From Snowella sp. (GTDB taxonomy: Bacteria; Cyanobacteriota; Cyanobacteriia; Cyanobacteriales; Microcystaceae): a DNA stretch of 49,862 nt. Made by a program: the position numbers and the translations under genes. Location of the stretch: contig JAYKGY010000063.1 in the NCBI GenBank assembly GCA_035285545.1, positions 1-49,862 of the forward strand, given 5' to 3'. Of the stretch, positions 18,454 to 29,257 are shown piece by piece (the first letter of the stretch is position 1; each line of letters opens with the position of its first letter). Under the pieces are notes generated by a model. The model was given only the letters and a program-made list of their open reading frames with translations. It did not search any database and had not been told where the DNA came from.

Positions 18454-19932
18454 ATGTCCCGAATCCCTAAATTAAAATATGACCGAGGGACATTACTCCT
18501 CCATCCTCCGCCGAAAGGTCGCGCTTGGTTAGATTTTGCGACTTGGGACGATCGCGTAGAAAAGTTTCGTATTCCTGCTTGTCAATACCGTCCTTTAGTG
18601 GAAAGTCTACAGGCGGCTGGTATTCAATTTCTTGATGAAGCTAAAGCCTTTTTTCCGTTGGAATTAACTTTAAACAGCGATCGCGAACCGTTTCCCCATC
18701 AGATCGAAGCCTTAACTGCTTGGAAAAGAGCATCACGGCAAGGAGTTGTGGTTTTACCAACCGCCGCAGGAAAGACCTATTTAGCCCAATTGGCCATGCA
18801 GTCCACGCCACGCACGACCTTAATTGTGGTTCCTACCTTGGATTTGATGCACCAATGGTATGCCCAAATTACTACCATTTTTCCGAATGTAGAAGTGGGA
18901 TTACTGGGTGGAGGCTCACGCGATCGCAGCCCGATTTTAATTGCGACCTATCACAGTGCGGCGATCCAGGCAGAAACTTTGGGAAATCAATATGCTTTAT
19001 TAATTTTTGATGAATGTCACCATTTACCGACCGAGTTTTTTCGAGTCATTGCAGAATACGCGATCGCACCCTATCGTTTGGGGTTAACCGCCACACCCGA
19101 TCGCAGTGATGGGAGCCATGCCGATTTAGATACTTTAATTGGCCCAGTGGTTTATCACAAAACCGTTGAAGAACTTTCTGGTAATACTTTGGCGGAACAT
19201 CAAGTTATTCAAATTAAGGTGAAATTATCCCCCGAAGAACGCGATCGCTACGACCAAGCGATTCAAACACGAAATACGTTTTTAAGTCAATCAAATATCT
19301 CTTTAAGCAGTCTTAATGGTTGGCAATTATTTGTACAAGCCAGTGCGAAAAATGTGGCTGGCCGTCGCGCCATGTTAGCCCATCGGGAAGCCAAAGAAAT
19401 TTCCTTGGGGACGGATAGTAAATTGCGAGTTTTGGCGGAATTATTAGCGGAACACTATCCCGATTCGATCTTGATTTTTACCAATGACAACGCGACAGTT
19501 TATCGCATTTCCCAAGAGTTTTTAATTCCTGCCATTACCCACCAAACGCCTGTTAAGGAACGTCACGAAATTTTGACCCTTTTTCGTCAAGGGGATTATA
19601 AAACCCTAGTAACCTCCCATGTGTTAAACGAAGGGGTCGATGTCCCTAGTGTCAAAATTGCCATTATTCTTTCAGGAACGGGGTCAACCAGGGAATATGT
19701 GCAACGTTTAGGTCGGATTTTACGCAAAAGCCAAGGACGCGATCGCCTAGCCATTCTCTATGAAGTGGTTGCCGAAGGAACTAGCGAAGAACGCACCGCC
19801 CACCGTCGGAAAAGTGCTACCCGCAAAGAACCTGATAAACCGCGTCAGTTGGAATTATTGCCCAAGGCTAAAACGATTCCGTTAAAAGCGGCTGAATCTG
19901 GAGAAGATTATCGTTTAGATGATAAGTTATAA
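18454..19932 (+). CDS. SF2 DExH helicase, XPB/Rad25-like
   Basis: Walker A LPTAAGKT, DECHH, GLTATP, LNEGVDVP and YVQRLGRILR. Confidence 0.88.
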   Translation: MSRIPKLKYDRGTLLLHPPPKGRAWLDFATWDDRVEKFRIPACQYRPLVESLQAAGIQFLDEAKAFFPLELTLNSDREPFPHQIEALTAWKRASRQGVVVLPTAAGKTYLAQLAMQSTPRTTLIVVPTLDLMHQWYAQITTIFPNVEVGLLGGGSRDRSPILIATYHSAAIQAETLGNQYALLIFDECHHLPTEFFRVIAEYAIAPYRLGLTATPDRSDGSHADLDTLIGPVVYHKTVEELSGNTLAEHQVIQIKVKLSPEERDRYDQAIQTRNTFLSQSNISLSSLNGWQLFVQASAKNVAGRRAMLAHREAKEISLGTDSKLRVLAELLAEHYPDSILIFTNDNATVYRISQEFLIPAITHQTPVKERHEILTLFRQGDYKTLVTSHVLNEGVDVPSVKIAIILSGTGSTREYVQRLGRILRKSQGRDRLAILYEVVAEGTSEERTAHRRKSATRKEPDKPRQLELLPKAKTIPLKAAESGEDYRLDDKL

Positions 19933-19974
19933 AGATAATTATCGTTTTTCAAAAAATAAACTTATTTACTTCTG

Positions 19975-20331
19975 ATGCGGATTAGGGGAACAGCACTGGT
20001 TTTTAGAGAAAGAAAAGTCCTTTTAGTTCGCGATCGCGGCAAGCAAAAATTTTCTCTGCCAGGTGGACAAAAAAGTTTTAATGAATCTTCACTAGCAGCA
20101 GCAGTTAGAGAACTCTATGAAGAGCTAGGGATGAGTGCGAAAAAAGCAGAACGTCTCTTTAAATGTGATTATCGAGGGGGTTATAGCTATCACAAAGTTT
20201 CGCTCATTGAAACGAATGATCAACCTTATTTACGAGATAAAGAGTTAGTTGAGTTTATCTGGTGGAATCAGGTCAGCCCCATTGACTGTTACGAGCATGT
20301 GGGTAAAATTTTGGCTCAATATCGCGATTAG
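19975..20331 (+). CDS. NUDIX hydrolase
   Basis: Nudix box LPGG...NES...AAVRELYEELG. Confidence 0.88.
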   Translation: MRIRGTALVFRERKVLLVRDRGKQKFSLPGGQKSFNESSLAAAVRELYEELGMSAKKAERLFKCDYRGGYSYHKVSLIETNDQPYLRDKELVEFIWWNQVSPIDCYEHVGKILAQYRD

Positions 20332-20496
20332 TCCAACCGAAACATCTTTTCAGCCCGGTTTCTAGTTTTTATGAATTTTTAGGATTATAGCCTTGACATC
20401 CAGACACAATTTGCGAAAATTCTCCTATGAAATAGTAATTTCTTGCTTTTTGTAGGGAATAATGGCTATAAGTATGGAGCCTAGACTGTAATTTTT

Positions 20497-22515
20497 ATGA
20501 CCTATTCCTCTTCTAAAAAAACCCGTGCAGTAGCTCTCCGCAATTATTTCTCTCCCTTCGGTAATAAGTTGGTTGCGGGGGGTCACGTTGCCCCAGAACA
20601 ACTTCAACAAGCCTTAGTCCAAATGCGGAAGACGGGTCGTTCTTTACCGCAGGAAATTCAAGAAATTACAGGTAAAGCCCTTTCTCCTGAACTGGTGCGG
20701 CAGTACAAAAAGCATCAACTGTTTGAACTGAAAATCCTGTACGGCGTAGATAGCCTCGATCCGGAAGTTAGCCCCCTCGCCAGTCGCGAAATGGCCAACT
20801 TAATTCAAAATCTGATTCCGCTAGATACTTGCCGTCGTTATAAACTCGTTCCCCTCGCGCAACAAAATACCGAACCGCCCAGTGTTTTGATCGCAATGGT
20901 TGATCCCGATGACTTAGCGGCCCAAGACGAACTGTTGAGGATTTTGCGCTTTAAAGGGCTAGAAATGCGCCGTTTAGTCATTACCCAGGAAGACTTTGAT
21001 CGCCTGCTAGAAGAATACTACGGCATGCAAGATGTCTTGCAAGAAGAGCAGAAGAAAAAAGATAAAGAGAAGGAAATCGAAAAATTAGCAGATATTAGTG
21101 ATATTGTTGGTTCTTTTGACAATTTACTACAGGAAGGCCCCGCCGATGATGCGGATTCCCTGGATTCCAAAGAAGCGAATCAGGCTCCTGTTATTAACTT
21201 AGTCAATAAAATTTTAGCCAAAGCCCTTCAGGAAGGAACTTCTGATATTCACATTGAACCTCAGGAAGAATCCCTAAAAATTCGTTTCCGTAAAGATGGC
21301 GTACTCCACCAAGCCTTTGATCCCCTCCCCCGTAAACTAACCCCTGCGGTGGTGGCCCGTTTCAAAATCATGGCCGATATGGACATTGCCGAACGCCGCG
21401 CTCCTCAAGATGGCAAAATTCGCCGATTGTTTCAAGGACGTAAAGTGGATTTTCGGGTCAATACGATTCCCAGTCGTTACGGTGAAAAGGTTTGTTTGCG
21501 GATTCTCGACAACTCTGCCACCCAATTAGGACTCGATAAACTGATTACCAATGAAGAGACACTCCAAACTGTTCGGGAATTGGCGGGTCGTCCCTATGGT
21601 TTGTTTCTAGTAACGGGGCCGACGGGTTCGGGAAAATCTACTAGTTTGTATTCGGTGTTAGCGGAACGAAATTCGCCTGGGGTAAACATTAATACCGCCG
21701 AAGATCCCATTGAATATGCTTTACCTGGCATTACTCAAGTGCAGGTTATTCGGGAAAAAGGCATGGATTTCTCCTCGATTCTGCGAGCCTTTATGCGTCA
21801 AGATCCGGATGTGATCCTAGTGGGAGAAACGCGAGATAAGGAAACGGCAAAAACGGCGATTGAAGCAGCCTTAACGGGACACTTGGTTTTAACCACCTTA
21901 CATACTAATGACGCAGCCGGCGCGATCGCGCGATTAGATGAGATGGGCGTAGAACCCTTCATGGTATCGGGAGCGTTATTAGGCGTATTGGCCCAACGGC
22001 TCATGCGAAAAGTCTGTACCGAATGCCGCATTGCCTATAATCCCAGCCGCGAAGAACTGATGCGCTTTGGATTCAGTGTTTCCAGTCCTGAGCAGGTCAC
22101 TTTTTATAAAGCTAACTCCCTAACTCCCGAAGAAATTAACGAAGCCCGCGCCCAAGGAACCCTTTGTGCCAAATGCAATGGCAGCGGCTATAAAGGACGG
22201 GTTGGGGTCTATGAGGTGATGCGGAATTCAGAAAAAATTGCTGCCTTAATTAATGAAGGAGCGACTACGGATCGTATTAAGGATTGTGCTGTAGAAGAAG
22301 GAATGGTGACGCTCTTAGCCTATAGTTTAAATTTAGTCCAAGAAGGCTACACGACCTTAGAAGAAGTAGAGCGCGTTACCTTTACCGATACGGGCTTAGA
22401 ATCGGAACTACGGGCAAAACGCAAGAGTTCTTTGACCTGTCAGGTTTGCCAAGCGGAACTCCAACAGGAATGGCTGGATTGTCCCTATTGTATGACTCCG
22501 CGATTTACTTCCTAG
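20497..22515 (+). CDS. pilB1: Type IV pilus assembly ATPase PilB1 with cyanobacterial C-terminal Cys4 extension
   Basis: GPTGSGKS, TAEDPIEY, LVGETRD, GHLVLTTLHTND, and C-terminal CQVC...CPYC; first gene of pilB-pilT-pilC. Confidence 0.95.
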   Translation: MTYSSSKKTRAVALRNYFSPFGNKLVAGGHVAPEQLQQALVQMRKTGRSLPQEIQEITGKALSPELVRQYKKHQLFELKILYGVDSLDPEVSPLASREMANLIQNLIPLDTCRRYKLVPLAQQNTEPPSVLIAMVDPDDLAAQDELLRILRFKGLEMRRLVITQEDFDRLLEEYYGMQDVLQEEQKKKDKEKEIEKLADISDIVGSFDNLLQEGPADDADSLDSKEANQAPVINLVNKILAKALQEGTSDIHIEPQEESLKIRFRKDGVLHQAFDPLPRKLTPAVVARFKIMADMDIAERRAPQDGKIRRLFQGRKVDFRVNTIPSRYGEKVCLRILDNSATQLGLDKLITNEETLQTVRELAGRPYGLFLVTGPTGSGKSTSLYSVLAERNSPGVNINTAEDPIEYALPGITQVQVIREKGMDFSSILRAFMRQDPDVILVGETRDKETAKTAIEAALTGHLVLTTLHTNDAAGAIARLDEMGVEPFMVSGALLGVLAQRLMRKVCTECRIAYNPSREELMRFGFSVSSPEQVTFYKANSLTPEEINEARAQGTLCAKCNGSGYKGRVGVYEVMRNSEKIAALINEGATTDRIKDCAVEEGMVTLLAYSLNLVQEGYTTLEEVERVTFTDTGLESELRAKRKSSLTCQVCQAELQQEWLDCPYCMTPRFTS

Positions 22516-22677
22516 TTGATCTGTCTGAACGAGTCTTGTACGGAATATTACTGTTTTCAATCCCCAAAAAATTGAGGTATAACTTGTACAAGTTGACTTA
22601 TTTATCTGATTAATTTCAAACTAAATTTCTTTTGAATTTTGACGTTTTTTCTTTTGCAACCATAGGAGAATCAATCA

Positions 22678-23793
22678 ATGGCCGCAGACTATTTAATTGA
22701 GGATTTAATGGAACAACTGGTGGAAATGGGGGGTTCCGATATGCACATTCAAGCCGGAGCACCTGTTTATTTCCGCATTAGCGGTAAGCTCAACCCCATT
22801 AATGAAGAGATTTTATCGCCTCAAGATAGCCAAAAATTGATTTTTAGTATGTTGAATAATTCCCAGCGCAAGGAGTTGGAACAGAATTGGGAATTAGATT
22901 GTTCCTATGGCGTGAAGGGATTAGCTCGATTTCGGGTCAATGTTTATAAAGAACGGGGATGCTATGCGGCTTGTTTGCGAGCTTTATCTTCAAAAATCCC
23001 GAATTTTGAGCAATTGGGCTTGCCTACCATCATGCGGGAAATGGCAGAGCGGCCTAGGGGATTAATCCTTGTTACAGGACAAACGGGATCAGGAAAAACC
23101 ACCAGTTTAGCCGCCGTTTTGGATCTAATTAATCGGACTCGCGCTGAACATATTCTCACCATTGAAGACCCCATTGAATACGTTTTCCCCAATATTAAAA
23201 GTCTGTTCCATCAACGGCAGAAAGGGGAAGATACCAAGAGTTTTGCCAATGCGCTAAGGGCTGCTTTACGGGAAGATCCCGATATTATTCTGGTGGGGGA
23301 AATGCGGGACTTAGAAACGATTTCACTGGCAATTAGTGCCGCAGAAACGGGTCACTTAGTCTTTGGAACGCTTCATACTAATTCTGCTGCTGGGACAATT
23401 GACCGGATGCTGGATGTGTTTCCCCCGATTCAACAGCCCCAAATCCGAGCCATGTTATCTAACTCACTTTTAGCTGTATTTAGTCAAAATTTAGTCAAGA
23501 AAAAAGCCCCGAAACCAGGGGAATTTGGTCGGGCAATGGTTCAGGAAATTATGATTGTTACGCCCGCGATCGCCAACCTGATTCGAGAAGGGAAAGCCGC
23601 CCAAATTTACTCTGCGATTCAAACAGGGGCAAAATTGGGAATGCAAACCATGGAGCAAGGGCTAGGAAACCTTGTGGTTGCGGGAGTCATTTCCTTAGAA
23701 GAAGGCCTGTCGAAGAGTGCCAAACCCGATGAATTGCAACGGTTAGTCGGGGGAGCCGTCCCTTCTGCACCACCCGCTAAAGCTAAACGGTAA
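22678..23793 (+). CDS. pilT1: Type IV pilus retraction ATPase PilT1
   Basis: GQTGSGKTT, TIEDPIE, ALREDPDIILVGEMRD, AIANLIRE and GMQT motifs. Confidence 0.95.
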   Translation: MAADYLIEDLMEQLVEMGGSDMHIQAGAPVYFRISGKLNPINEEILSPQDSQKLIFSMLNNSQRKELEQNWELDCSYGVKGLARFRVNVYKERGCYAACLRALSSKIPNFEQLGLPTIMREMAERPRGLILVTGQTGSGKTTSLAAVLDLINRTRAEHILTIEDPIEYVFPNIKSLFHQRQKGEDTKSFANALRAALREDPDIILVGEMRDLETISLAISAAETGHLVFGTLHTNSAAGTIDRMLDVFPPIQQPQIRAMLSNSLLAVFSQNLVKKKAPKPGEFGRAMVQEIMIVTPAIANLIREGKAAQIYSAIQTGAKLGMQTMEQGLGNLVVAGVISLEEGLSKSAKPDELQRLVGGAVPSAPPAKAKR

Positions 23794-23862
23794 TGGGGTT
23801 CAATTTCAAGTCAATCTAGTAATTTTTCTAATTTTTCGATAGTTCAATAGGAAGAGTAAATT

Positions 23863-25077
23863 ATGGCTACCTTTGTAGCTCAGGTTAAAGATACTAAAGG
23901 GAATATTTCTAAGCGTAAAGTTGATGCTGCATCGCCTGAGCAAGCCCGTATGATTCTCAGGCAACAGTATGCGGCGATCGGTTCTATTAAACCGGCGGGC
24001 GGAGAGATTAACCTTGAATTTTTAGAAGCCCTATTAAATAAGGTTTCGGTCAAGGATATGGCTGTCTTTTCACGGCAATTTTCCGTCATGATCAATGCAG
24101 GGGTCGCGATCGTCCGTTGTTTAGGGGTTTTATCAGAACAATGCCCCAATCCCAAGTTAAAGAAAGCATTGGTTGGAGTCAGTTCAGAGGTACAGCAGGG
24201 GACTAACTTATCCGAATCTTTGGCAAAATATCCCGATTGTTTTGATCAGCTCTACGTCAGCATGGTCGAAGCAGGAGAAACGGGGGGGGTTTTAGATGAA
24301 GTCTTGAACCGCCTATCTAAACTTCTAGAAGACATGGCCCGTCTGCAAAACCAAATCAAGTCAGCCATGGCCTATCCCGTTGCGGTTGGTTTATTAGCGG
24401 TTGTGGCATTTTTAGGGATGACAATTTTCCTAATTCCTGTATTTGCTAAAATTTTCCAGGATTTAGGAACAGAATTGCCCGCATTGACCCAATTTATGTT
24501 GGATTTAAGTGATTTTTTACGCAGTCCTTTAGCGGTTCTGCCTGTGTTTGGGATTGCTGGCGCAGTCTTTGCGTTTAAAAAATATTATGCTACTCCCGCA
24601 GGACGCTTACAGGTTGATGGAATGATGTTGAAAATCCCCCTGTTTGGGCCGCTTAATGAGAAGGTCGCCGTTGCGCGTTTTTGTCGGGTCTTTGGAACCT
24701 TAACCCGTTCAGGGGTTCCCATTATGCAATCCTTGGAAATTGTTTGTAATACTATTCCCAATAAGGTGATCGCCAACGCGATCGCGGATGCACGGTCTGA
24801 GATTCAACAGGGGGGAGTGATGAGCTTAGCCCTACAACGGAGTAAGGTTTTCCCCTCCTTAGCCATTCAAATGATTAGTATTGGGGAAGAAACAGGGGAA
24901 CTGGACGCAATGATGATGAAAGTTGCCGATTTCTACGAAGATGAGGTAGAACAAACCGTAAAAGCTCTAACTAGTATCATTGAACCCGTCATGATGGTAT
25001 TTATTGCAGGCATGGTAGGAACCATTCTGTTATCGATGTACCTGCCCATGTTTAAAATCTTTGAAAAAATGGGTTAA
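23863..25077 (+). CDS. pilC: Type IV pilus platform protein PilC (GspF family)
   Basis: Two T2SSF repeats (AGETGGVLD, IGEETGELD) and C-terminal SMYLPMF. Confidence 0.95.
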   Translation: MATFVAQVKDTKGNISKRKVDAASPEQARMILRQQYAAIGSIKPAGGEINLEFLEALLNKVSVKDMAVFSRQFSVMINAGVAIVRCLGVLSEQCPNPKLKKALVGVSSEVQQGTNLSESLAKYPDCFDQLYVSMVEAGETGGVLDEVLNRLSKLLEDMARLQNQIKSAMAYPVAVGLLAVVAFLGMTIFLIPVFAKIFQDLGTELPALTQFMLDLSDFLRSPLAVLPVFGIAGAVFAFKKYYATPAGRLQVDGMMLKIPLFGPLNEKVAVARFCRVFGTLTRSGVPIMQSLEIVCNTIPNKVIANAIADARSEIQQGGVMSLALQRSKVFPSLAIQMISIGEETGELDAMMMKVADFYEDEVEQTVKALTSIIEPVMMVFIAGMVGTILLSMYLPMFKIFEKMG

Positions 25078-25116
25078 ACCCAAATAAAGATGTGATTGTA
25101 ATGGGGAGTTAGTGTT

Positions 25117-26469
25117 TTAGCATTCACTGGCTCCTGCTTTTTTTAGAATGTCTACCACGTCGAAATATTGATTAAAGCTCGCCAACATTAACGCCGTATA
25201 GCCCCCTCGATTTTTAGCATCTAAATCAATAGCGGGAATTTGGATTAAAGTTTTCACAATTTCTGCATAACCCCGATGGCTGGCCCACATTAAGGCTGTC
25301 GCCTGGGTGGAATCGGTGAGGTTTACGTCTGCTCCTGCTTGTAATAGGATTTCCACTAAATCGCGATCGCCGAGATCTGCCGCTTTCATCAACAAGGTCT
25401 TGCTATCAGGGAAACGGGTATCGGGATCTACACCTGCTTTTAACAAAAGATGGATAATTTTGTGCTGCTGGTTTTTGACCGCAAGGGTGACAGGCATTTC
25501 TTCCTCATTGGCAAAATGGGGATTTGCTCCAGCACATAATAGCTGATCGGCAATTTCAGGGTGATCCTGCAAAAGAGCAATGAGTAAGGGCGTATCTCCT
25601 AAATGATTGCGGTGGTTAACATTCGCGCCTAACGCTAATAGGGCTGAAACAACTGAAACATGACCTTCTAAACAAGCTAAATGTAACGCCGTATCGCCAT
25701 TTTCATCTTCTGTATCAATATCCAGACCTGCTTGAATCAAGGTTTTAACGAATTCGTCCTGTCCTTCTCCTGCGGCGGTCATCAGAGCATCGACAGTTAA
25801 TTTCACGTCAAATTGCCGTAGTATGTTCCAAATTTCGCGATCGCCCTGTTTAGCAATCAGGGTTAAAGGGGTTTCTCCTGCCAGATTTGCTTGGTTAACG
25901 TCTGCACCTTTTTCTAACAGTAATTTAACGGCTTCTTTCTGCCCTAAACGGGTTGCTAACAATAGAACATTTCCTGAATTCGGATCGACTCCAAATTGCA
26001 ATAAAGTTGCAATCGTTGCGAGATTTTTACTTTGAATCGCCAGTTTTAGCGCACTATCCCCCTGGGTATCGATGAGATGGGGATTAGCCCCTGCTGTTAG
26101 CAAAGATTGAACGATCACGCTATGGCCTTTATAGGCCGCAACCATGAGGGCCGTACTCCCATCGTCATTCACCGCATCCAACTCAATTTCTGTTTGGATT
26201 AGGCGATCGCAGATTTCAACCCGATTATGGGCAGCCGCTAACATCAAGGCTGTAATCTGATGGGGAGGTTTGGCTTGATTGACCCTGGCTCCTGCGCTGA
26301 GTAATAGATTAACCATGTCAAGCTGATGATTGACGACCGCATACATTAAGGGGGTTGCTTGATCGCGATCGCTACAATTGACATTCACTCCTGCATCGAG
26401 CAATTGTTGAACGGTGATTAAATCGCCTACCCGCACCGACTGAAATAATTGGGACTCTCGCTGAATCAC
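25117..26469 (-). CDS. Ankyrin repeat protein
   Basis: About 13 repeats of TPL/TALM.AA..G..E.V..LL..GADVN. Confidence 0.9.
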   Translation of the reverse strand: MIQRESQLFQSVRVGDLITVQQLLDAGVNVNCSDRDQATPLMYAVVNHQLDMVNLLLSAGARVNQAKPPHQITALMLAAAHNRVEICDRLIQTEIELDAVNDDGSTALMVAAYKGHSVIVQSLLTAGANPHLIDTQGDSALKLAIQSKNLATIATLLQFGVDPNSGNVLLLATRLGQKEAVKLLLEKGADVNQANLAGETPLTLIAKQGDREIWNILRQFDVKLTVDALMTAAGEGQDEFVKTLIQAGLDIDTEDENGDTALHLACLEGHVSVVSALLALGANVNHRNHLGDTPLLIALLQDHPEIADQLLCAGANPHFANEEEMPVTLAVKNQQHKIIHLLLKAGVDPDTRFPDSKTLLMKAADLGDRDLVEILLQAGADVNLTDSTQATALMWASHRGYAEIVKTLIQIPAIDLDAKNRGGYTALMLASFNQYFDVVDILKKAGASEC

Positions 26470-26600
26470 CTGAACCTTACCCCATAGACTTAAACTGTCT
26501 TATTTTAGGGCTTTGGGTAAAATCTAACTCAAAAATCTTAAGCCTATTAATAAGAAAGGCACGAAAACCGTGCCTCTGGTCGAAAACCGTGAATCAGATC

Positions 26601-27158
26601 TTATTTTTTCGATGCTAGCAGCATCATCATATTGCGGCCTTCTTTCTTGGGTGCTTGTTGAATATCAGCCACTTCTTGCAAGTCTTTGGCCATGCGGTCT
26701 AATAAACTTTCTGCTAAATGAGCATGCTGAATTTCTCGCCCCCGGAAAGTAATGGTCACCTTGACCTTATCGCCTGCTTTCAAGAAACGTTGCGCCTGAT
26801 TGATTCGCACCTGATAATCGTGTTCATCAATTTTGTAACGCATTTTCACTTCTTTGACATCAGCAGTGTGTTGTTTTTTCTTCGCTTCCCTGGCTTTTTT
26901 CTCTTGCTCAAATTTGTATTTGCCGTAGTCCATAATACGACAAACCGGAGGAACAGCCGTTTCGCTAACCAACACGAGATCAAGCTCCTGTTCTTCAGCA
27001 ATTTTTAGGGCTTCATCGGGCGTGAGGATGCCTAACTGAGAACCATTGCTATCGATAACGCGAATTTCAGGAAAACGAATTCTCTCGTTAATTTTCGGTA
27101 AATCGCGCTGATGACGTTTTTTGTCGACTAGAGGTGTATTTTGCAAATCTCGAACCAA
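26601..27158 (-). CDS. infC: Translation initiation factor IF-3 (start codon uncertain, non-ATG)
   Basis: Contains [29 protein letters not shown] and FRGRE. Confidence 0.95.
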   Translation of the reverse strand: MVRDLQNTPLVDKKRHQRDLPKINERIRFPEIRVIDSNGSQLGILTPDEALKIAEEQELDLVLVSETAVPPVCRIMDYGKYKFEQEKKAREAKKKQHTADVKEVKMRYKIDEHDYQVRINQAQRFLKAGDKVKVTITFRGREIQHAHLAESLLDRMAKDLQEVADIQQAPKKEGRNMMMLLASKK

Positions 27159-27273
27159 TTATGTGAATGTAAGTGAATCAATAAATTATTTGACTATTAA
27201 TAGCTATTCTACCGAGTCTTTAGAGATTTAGTTCTTAATTTTTCTTTAACTTTAGTAATGCCTCCAGACTTGG

Positions 27274-28302
27274 TTGGTTAAGGCTTTACGCTTACCAGAA
27301 GGGATGTTGGTGGATCCGACGCGATCGCGGATTGTGTCCGTTAAAATTAAGAAAAATGTAAAGTTTTATAAATTGGTTGTGCTTGAATCAACTGCTTGGC
27401 AACATCGAATTGGCCATCAACGGGATTGGGTCTGGCGGGGCTGGCAAACGCGCTATAGTTTCCTCCATCCTCGCGATCGCCACATGGAAACTCAACCGCC
27501 CATTATCCTCTTACATGGTTTTGGCGCGTCTATTGAACATTGGCGACATAATATTGCCGTATTAAGCGAAAATTCTAGCGTTTATGCCCTAGACTTGCTG
27601 GGCTTTGGCGGTTCTAAAAAAGCAGATACCCAATACAGTGTTTATCTCTGGACACGGCAGGTTTATGATTTTTGGCGGACTTTCATTAATCGGCCGGTGA
27701 TCCTAGTGGGAAATTCCATCGGTTCCTTGGTCTGTCTGACTGCGGCTTATAATTATCCTGAAATGGTTGCTGGGATCTCAATGTTGAGTTTGCCGGATGT
27801 CGCCATTCGCCAAGAAGCGATTCCCAAACCATTGCAACCGATTGTGATGGGGATTGAAGGGCTATTTGCATCGCCTTGGCTATTGAAAGGATTATTTCGT
27901 TTTCTGCGGCAGCCTTCCGTTATTCGCCGTTGGGCAGGGGTTGCCTATATTGATCAAAAAGCAGTCAATGAGGAATTAGTGGAGATTTTAACCCGACCTG
28001 CTCAGGATCAAGGAGCCGATACCACTTTTTATCGTTTATTTGATGCGGTGCGATCGCCAAATTTTGCTCCACCGGCCAAGGTTGTTTTACCGCGTTTAGA
28101 AATCCCCGTTTTACTGATTTGGGGACAGCAAGACCGCATGGTTCCCCCTGCGTTGGCCGAAGTGTTTGCGAAACTTAACCCTAATATTGAACTGGTAGAG
28201 TTAGACGGCGTTGGGCATTGTCCTCAAGATGAATGTCCTGAGCAATTTAACCCAATTTTGCAGAATTGGATAAAAACTCGTTTTAATCACAAAGTAAGCT
28301 AA
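27274..28302 (+). CDS. Alpha/beta fold hydrolase (start probably GTG near 27379)
   Basis: LLHGFGASIEHWRHN, nucleophile elbow GNSIG, WGQQD and GHCPQDE. Confidence 0.88.
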   Translation: MVKALRLPEGMLVDPTRSRIVSVKIKKNVKFYKLVVLESTAWQHRIGHQRDWVWRGWQTRYSFLHPRDRHMETQPPIILLHGFGASIEHWRHNIAVLSENSSVYALDLLGFGGSKKADTQYSVYLWTRQVYDFWRTFINRPVILVGNSIGSLVCLTAAYNYPEMVAGISMLSLPDVAIRQEAIPKPLQPIVMGIEGLFASPWLLKGLFRFLRQPSVIRRWAGVAYIDQKAVNEELVEILTRPAQDQGADTTFYRLFDAVRSPNFAPPAKVVLPRLEIPVLLIWGQQDRMVPPALAEVFAKLNPNIELVELDGVGHCPQDECPEQFNPILQNWIKTRFNHKVS

Positions 28303-28332
28303 ATAAATCAAATAATCATTGATTTTTATTAA

Positions 28333-28381
28333 ATCCCCCCGCCTATCGGCACCCCCCTTACTAAGGTAGGGCTGGGGGGAT
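28333..28381. repeat. GC-rich palindromic dispersed repeat between convergent genes (possible bidirectional terminator)
   Basis: Outer inverted repeat ATCCCCCC...GGGGGGAT with an inner CCTTACTAAGG hairpin. Confidence 0.65.
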
Positions 28382-28390
28382 AAAGCGCAA

Positions 28391-29257
28391 CTATCCGTTA
28401 ACCACTTCTCCCCCATTAACGTGAATCACTTGCCCAGATAAATAAGAGGCATCATCAGAGGCTAAAAACACATAACTAGGGGCCACTTCTTCGGGTTGTC
28501 CTGCCCTGGCCATCGGCACTTGTGCTCCAAACTTTTCGATTTTTTCTTCGGGAAAAGTGGAAGGAATTAAGGGGGTCCAAATCGGGCCGGGAGCCACCGC
28601 ATTAACGCGAATTCCTTGGGGAACTAGATTTTGAGACAGAGAACGAGTAAAAGCAACAATCGCGCCTTTGGTAGAGGAATAATCCAACAGTTGAGGGCTA
28701 CCTTTATAGGCAGTAACCGAAGTGGTGTTAATGATGGCACTCCCTGGGTGTAAATGTTTCATCGCGGCTTTCGTCAGATAAAACATGGAGAAAATATTGG
28801 TTTGAAACGTGCGCTCCAATTGTTCTTTGCTAATATCTTCAATACTTTTTTGTGGATGTTGTTCCGCCGCGTTGTTGACCAAAATATCAAGTTTACCAAA
28901 GGTCTCTACGGTTTGTTCTACGGCTTGCTGGCAGAAATTTTCATCCGTAATGTCACCCGCGATCGCTAAGGCTTTTTTTCCATACTGTTCCACTAAATGT
29001 TGGGTTTCCTGGGCATCTTTATGTTCTTTTAAATAGACAATGGCCACATCGGCCCCCTCTTTAGCAAACGCGATCGCCACTGCCCGACCGATGCCACTAT
29101 CTCCTCCGGTAATTAAAGCCGTCTTATCCTGCAACTTTCCGCTTCCTTGATATTGAGCCTTATCTGACTGGGGCTTTGGCTGCATCTGAGATTCTGTTCC
29201 TGGCGGTTCTTGCTGTTGGGGCGGCTGTAAAGGTTGCTGTTCTGTTTGGCTCATCAA
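28391..29257 (-). CDS. SDR family oxidoreductase (general stress protein 39/YhdF-like)
   Basis: TGGDSGIGRA, NNAAEQH, YSSTK catalytic motif and VAPGPIWTP. Confidence 0.92.
   Translation of the reverse strand: MMSQTEQQPLQPPQQQEPPGTESQMQPKPQSDKAQYQGSGKLQDKTALITGGDSGIGRAVAIAFAKEGADVAIVYLKEHKDAQETQHLVEQYGKKALAIAGDITDENFCQQAVEQTVETFGKLDILVNNAAEQHPQKSIEDISKEQLERTFQTNIFSMFYLTKAAMKHLHPGSAIINTTSVTAYKGSPQLLDYSSTKGAIVAFTRSLSQNLVPQGIRVNAVAPGPIWTPLIPSTFPEEKIEKFGAQVPMARAGQPEEVAPSYVFLASDDASYLSGQVIHVNGGEVVNG

Noticed and set aside
22435..22515. Cys4 C-terminal extension of PilB
   Set aside because: A known feature of cyanobacterial PilB1, so not novel.
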